A program made the translations under genes and the position numbers. This document shows, one piece after another, positions 60,218 to 64,000 of a stretch of DNA of 64,000 nt. This DNA comes from an uncultured virus (IMG/VR IMGVR_UViG_3300005533_000011) (lineage: Duplodnaviria; Heunggongvirae; Uroviricota; Caudoviricetes): the IMG/VR virus record IMGVR_UViG_3300005533_000011. One strand, given 5' to 3'. The notes under the pieces are model-generated. The model was not told where the DNA came from and did not search any database. It saw nothing but the letters and a program-made list of their open reading frames with translations. Within the stretch, counting starts at the first letter, position 1. Each line of letters opens with the position of its first letter.

Positions 60218-60716
60218 CCCAAGGCATCATCGGCATCGATATCGGCGGCGTCATCATCGACAAGGCGAACGATGACCAGGACACGTCGCTCTTCCAGGAA
60301 AACTACCTGATGGCGACGGAAGTCGTCGGGGCGCGCGAGGCGATCAAGAAGCTTGCGGGCGAGAAGGCCTTCGGGCAGAGGATCTGGATCGTCTCCAAGT
60401 GCGGCGAGAAGATCGAGCGCCGGTCCCGCGAGTGGCTCCATCACAACGGCTTCGCCGAGTTCGTCCCGGAGTCCCGCTGGAAGTTCTGCCGCGACCGGAG
60501 CGAGAAGGCGGCCATCGCGAAAGAACTCCGACTGACCCTTTTTGTGATGACAAGCTCGAGGTTTTGCATTGGATGCACGGCATCGTCCAGCACAGGATCC
60601 TCTTCCGGCCGTGGCTCGGCCAGATGAAGAACTGGATGGGGAAGTCGACGAACGGCGTCCAGATCTGGCTGGACTGGAACGAGCTGGCGACCTTCCTCGA
60701 GGGCCAGAATGCCTAA
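60214..60716 (+). pseudogene. HAD-superfamily (5'-nucleotidase-like) gene split by a frameshift at ~60540
   Basis: GIDIGGVI motif I, IVSK and K motif in one frame; DDKLEV motif IV continues in the -1 frame after a T5 run. Confidence 0.6.
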
Positions 60717-61140
60717 CCCCATGTTCGACGGCCCCGCGGCGCCGGCCCCGCTCCTCAGCGCCAATTTCGCCGGCGGCGAGCAATTCTGGAAGTTCTGGAC
60801 GACCGGGAAGGTCCAGGCGGACGGGGATGTCCTCCGGTTCAAGATCTTCTCCAAACGCGTGCCCTCCGGACGGTTCGAGTTCGTCTGCGCAACCGACCTG
60901 GAAGACGGCCGGAAGGTTGTGTGGGGGGAAGGAGCATTCGAGTCCGACGCTGCCCTGGTGGCTTTCGCCGGCGGCGCGCGCGCCGCGCTCGTCCACCTCC
61001 TGGGCGACGAGATCAGCTTCGACCTGGTCGATTTCAGCACCTGCAGGACGTTTGAGCAGTGGAACTACAAGATGCGCGAATCGACGACGATCCGCATCTG
61101 GAGTTCTGACGACGGCGCCACCGTCAAGGGGGAGGCATGA
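60709..61140 (+). CDS. Hypothetical protein
   Basis: GAGG RBS; typical codon usage. Confidence 0.6.
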   Translation: MPNPMFDGPAAPAPLLSANFAGGEQFWKFWTTGKVQADGDVLRFKIFSKRVPSGRFEFVCATDLEDGRKVVWGEGAFESDAALVAFAGGARAALVHLLGDEISFDLVDFSTCRTFEQWNYKMRESTTIRIWSSDDGATVKGEA

Positions 61141-61556
61141 CCCAGGAAGATCCCAAGAAGAAGCCCGTGGACTTGCTGTTCGCGCTGGAAGAACAGCGGC
61201 TCCGGCGGCGCCGCGAAGCGCTTGATCGCAAGTTCCAGACGACCATCCAGCACATCGATGACGTCGCCAAGGCGAACGAGGAATGCTACAAGGCGAAGAA
61301 GGCGATCGCCGAGACCGCCAAGGGCAATCCTCCGCCCATTCCCCCTCCGCCGCCCGTTGGCGCACCGCTCCAGGCCCCGCCGAAACCGCTTCCCGCACCT
61401 CAGCCTGCGGCGCCTCCACCGCTGGGGGCTCTTCGGTCTCCGTGGCCTCGGGGAACTCCCCTGCTCAGGCCGCTGGTCAGGCCACAAACACCTCCGCCGA
61501 CCATCCCGGTCTCGAAACCAAAACCGAAGGCGAAGGCGAAGAGGAAGAAGAAATGA
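61137..61556 (+). CDS. Coiled-coil, Pro-rich, Lys-tailed protein
   Basis: GGAGG RBS; poly-Pro tract; KPKPKAKAKRKKK C-terminus. Confidence 0.65.
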   Translation: MTQEDPKKKPVDLLFALEEQRLRRRREALDRKFQTTIQHIDDVAKANEECYKAKKAIAETAKGNPPPIPPPPPVGAPLQAPPKPLPAPQPAAPPPLGALRSPWPRGTPLLRPLVRPQTPPPTIPVSKPKPKAKAKRKKK

Positions 61557-63569
61557 TGCCTCCCGAAGTCTGCAAGAAGACGGACCGCTGCACGCGCGAG
61601 GCCCGGCACGAAGGACCTTGCCATTCTCAGCCGGTGCTACGGGCGCAGACGCTGCCGTGGGGTTGGTCCTATGGGAAGCATGCCACGGGAGATCTGCCGT
61701 CGCCGACGTACCCGAACCCGCCAAACAACTTCAGAGGCTGATCGATGTTGACGCCCCCAAGGCCATGGCCCCAGCCTGGCTTCGACGCGGACAAATACGG
61801 GTTCTACTGGTGCCCCGACTGCCTAGGAAGCAAGAGGATCGGGGTCAGGGAGGTCCCGAAATTCGGCTACCTCGTCCTCGAGCCCGGACAGGGACCATGC
61901 CGGAAATGCTTTGGGAAAGGAATGATTGTGGTTTCGAAAGGGCTCAAGGTCCCCGGGATGAAGGAACCGGAATGAACGATCGGAAGCCGCGCGCGAAAAT
62001 CGACGAGATCCGCGCGGTCATCGGAGAGCTCCTGGTCCGCGCGATCGGGGATTCGGAACAGGATGCCGAACAGGGGTGCCGGCCCGAGGAGGTCGTCCTC
62101 CATCTGACCTACGACGAGGCCCGGATGCTCGAGAAGCTGTTGAAATAAGAGGAGATGTCCATGCCCGAAAAGCTGGTGGTGGAGGGGACTGTCGGGGACG
62201 ACAAACTCGAAAGTCCGTTCCTGCATACGAAACCGCCGAAGGCGAACTCCCAGACCGGCTACTATGGCGACGACCTGCTCATCAACTTCGTCGGGAAGCG
62301 CATTCGCGTGACGATCGAGGTCCTCGACGCCGACGAGGATTGCCCGCCTCCCACGGATGCCGATGGTCGCAGGCCCATGCCGGAAGGCGGCAGCAAGGAC
62401 TGGTGATGGACCGGATCGAAGAATTCGCGGCTTCCGTCGAGCGGTTTCTGGCGCTTCCCGTGGAGGAGCAGCGCCGCTTGATCGCGGAGGCCGGGAAGAA
62501 GGCGGCAGAAATCTCGGAGCGATTCGAGAGGTCGCTCCGAGTCGACCAGGCCGACCTGACCCGCCCCATGACGATCTGAGGGTGATATGAGCTCATCGTA
62601 CAAGTGCGCATCCTGCGGCGTCTCGTGCGGGATGATGGGCCACGGGAAGTGCGAGAAGGGCGAAGAAAACTATAGGCTTGGGGCGGCCGGGCTGCCGCGT
62701 CGCTGGCATTATGGCTTCGAGATTCCCCCGGATGAGTCCGTCGCCGACATCCTTGAGGACCTCGGCCTGGATCGCACCGCCGAGAACGATCCTGCCGTGC
62801 TTCGCCAGGCTGTCGTGAAGCTCAGGCGCGAGGTGACCTTGAGCCAATTCGAAAGCACCAGGATCTCCGAGGACGAGTGAAGCCCCATGAAACAGGTGAC
62901 GCTCTACGTCTGCGAGATCTGCGGGACCGAATGGCGTGACAAGGATCTGGCCGCTCGGTGCGAGGCCCGCGGCACGCCGGCCAAGAAGGTCCCGTGGGAG
63001 ATCGGCGGCGAGGTCAAGCTCAAGAACCGGAACAAAGGCTACACGCTTGCGGTCGTCAAGGGCGCGCGGGTCGCCAATTTCTCGGACCTCGCGCACGAAT
63101 GGATGCTCGAACTCGACCGCCAGGTCTATCTCGACCACGCCTGGGATGACCAGACCGACCAGGTATTCGAGCTCTACGTCCTTTCTCCGGAGAGGGCGGC
63201 CGGCATGGAGCGGATGGACAACCATTCGGATTGAATATGAAGATCCCGAAGAAAGACGGCACGACCAAGCCCAAGGACGACAGCTGCGACAACTGGGAGG
63301 ACATCCGCTGCGACAAGTGCGGCAAGTCCTGCCGTGACTCCAGCGGCATGAACTTCGAGTACGCCCACGTTACGTCGCACTGGGGATTCGGGTCCCGGAA
63401 GGACGGCGAAAAGCATGAAGCGCAGATCTGCGAAGACTGCTACGACGCCCTCGGGCTCAAACCCTTCATCAAGGACTACCTCTTCGACGGCGACGTGTGC
63501 GGCTGCGGGAAGGGGAACACCCCGTCGCCGGACGGGATATGCATGGTCCACGGGGGAAGCGCCCAATGA
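61553..63569 (+). other. Small ORF array (61553-61741, 61745-61975, 61972-62148, 62155-62406, 62406-62579, 62587-62880, 62887-63234, 63231-63569)
   Basis: Coupled starts; CxxC motifs. Confidence 0.55.
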
Positions 63570-64000
63570 CCCACGAAGAAGGCCTTCCGTTCCTGAAGAC
63601 GCTCGAGGAAGCGACCGCCCTCAAGCAGACGCTCGTCGAGGACCTTCAGCGGGTGCAACTGGAGCTCTCCAACAAGAACGCGAAGGGCTTCGATGGGCGC
63701 AGGATGTATTCCCGGGATTATCATGAGTGGAGGCAGGGGCGCCTGGAGACGATCAGCATCCTCCAGCGGAAGATCCAGCACATCAAGAACTGGATCCGTC
63801 ACCAAAGCAATCTCAGCCGCGTCGACAGGGAGCCTCCGCCGGCGAACCGCGTCCGTTCCCTCGAGCTGCTCTTCCGGCGCGTGAAGTCGTACATCGAGTA
63901 CAACGACCAGAAGGGCAACGGGCAGTGGAACATCGAAGAAGCCGACCAGCGCTGGGGCCACATCCTGGATGCCGTGAGCGATATTGAAAGAAGCAGCGAG
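63566..64000 (+). CDS. Hypothetical protein, truncated by window edge
   Basis: ATG 63566 in ATGA overlap; frame open to the end. Confidence 0.6.
   Translation, partial: MTHEEGLPFLKTLEEATALKQTLVEDLQRVQLELSNKNAKGFDGRRMYSRDYHEWRQGRLETISILQRKIQHIKNWIRHQSNLSRVDREPPPANRVRSLELLFRRVKSYIEYNDQKGNGQWNIEEADQRWGHILDAVSDIERSSE

Noticed and set aside
1..64000. tRNA/rRNA genes, integrase, transposases
   Set aside because: No convincing cloverleaf with T-loop, rRNA or recombinase motifs seen by eye; a tRNAscan-SE run is still advisable.
1..64000. Alternative genetic code (stop-codon reassignment)
   Set aside because: Recognisable genes are full-length under code 11 and use TGA, TAA and TAG as stops with normal coupling.

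Overview
A 64-kb, GC-rich, very gene-dense segment of a large prokaryotic virus or virus-like element; both ends cut through genes. It has two divergent arms that meet at a back-to-back promoter region (~18556-18650). The left arm (minus strand, 1-18555) looks like a morphogenesis module. It has tandem copies of a ~240-aa beta-rich putative capsid protein, identical over the visible 75 aa, plus membrane proteins, a transglutaminase-like Cys enzyme with a catalytically dead paralog, a retropepsin-like protease, a J-domain protein, a GNAT fusion, a possible ADP-ribosyltransferase-fold protein, a collagen-like fibre with two paralogous neighbours, an AAA_33 kinase and an HD hydrolase. The right arm (plus strand) starts with replication and recombination genes: DinG-like helicase, RepB-type primase, a probable iteron origin, an intein-containing UvrD-like helicase, SSB and a probable annealing protein, with an SNF2 helicase and PD-(D/E)xK nucleases further on. 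About 35 kb of mostly small, translationally coupled, Cys-rich accessory ORFs follow, interspersed with RNA repair/modification enzymes (Thg1, RNA ligase, SpoU, RlaP-like NTase) and a stand-alone ClpC N-domain. No tail, portal, terminase, packaging ATPase, integrase, tRNA or CRISPR array was recognised, so 'tailless, membrane-containing virus' is an inference. The most interesting signals are: a recurring (R/P)-x-x-(L/M)-G motif at N-termini and domain junctions of left-arm proteins next to two proteases; a third, membrane-anchored capsid-like paralog in the other arm; a family of sigma70-type promoters sharing an operator-like spacer and a GTGACA(A/G)GGCC leaderless start; and two candidate structured RNAs. 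All calls come from reading motifs by eye; no searches were run.
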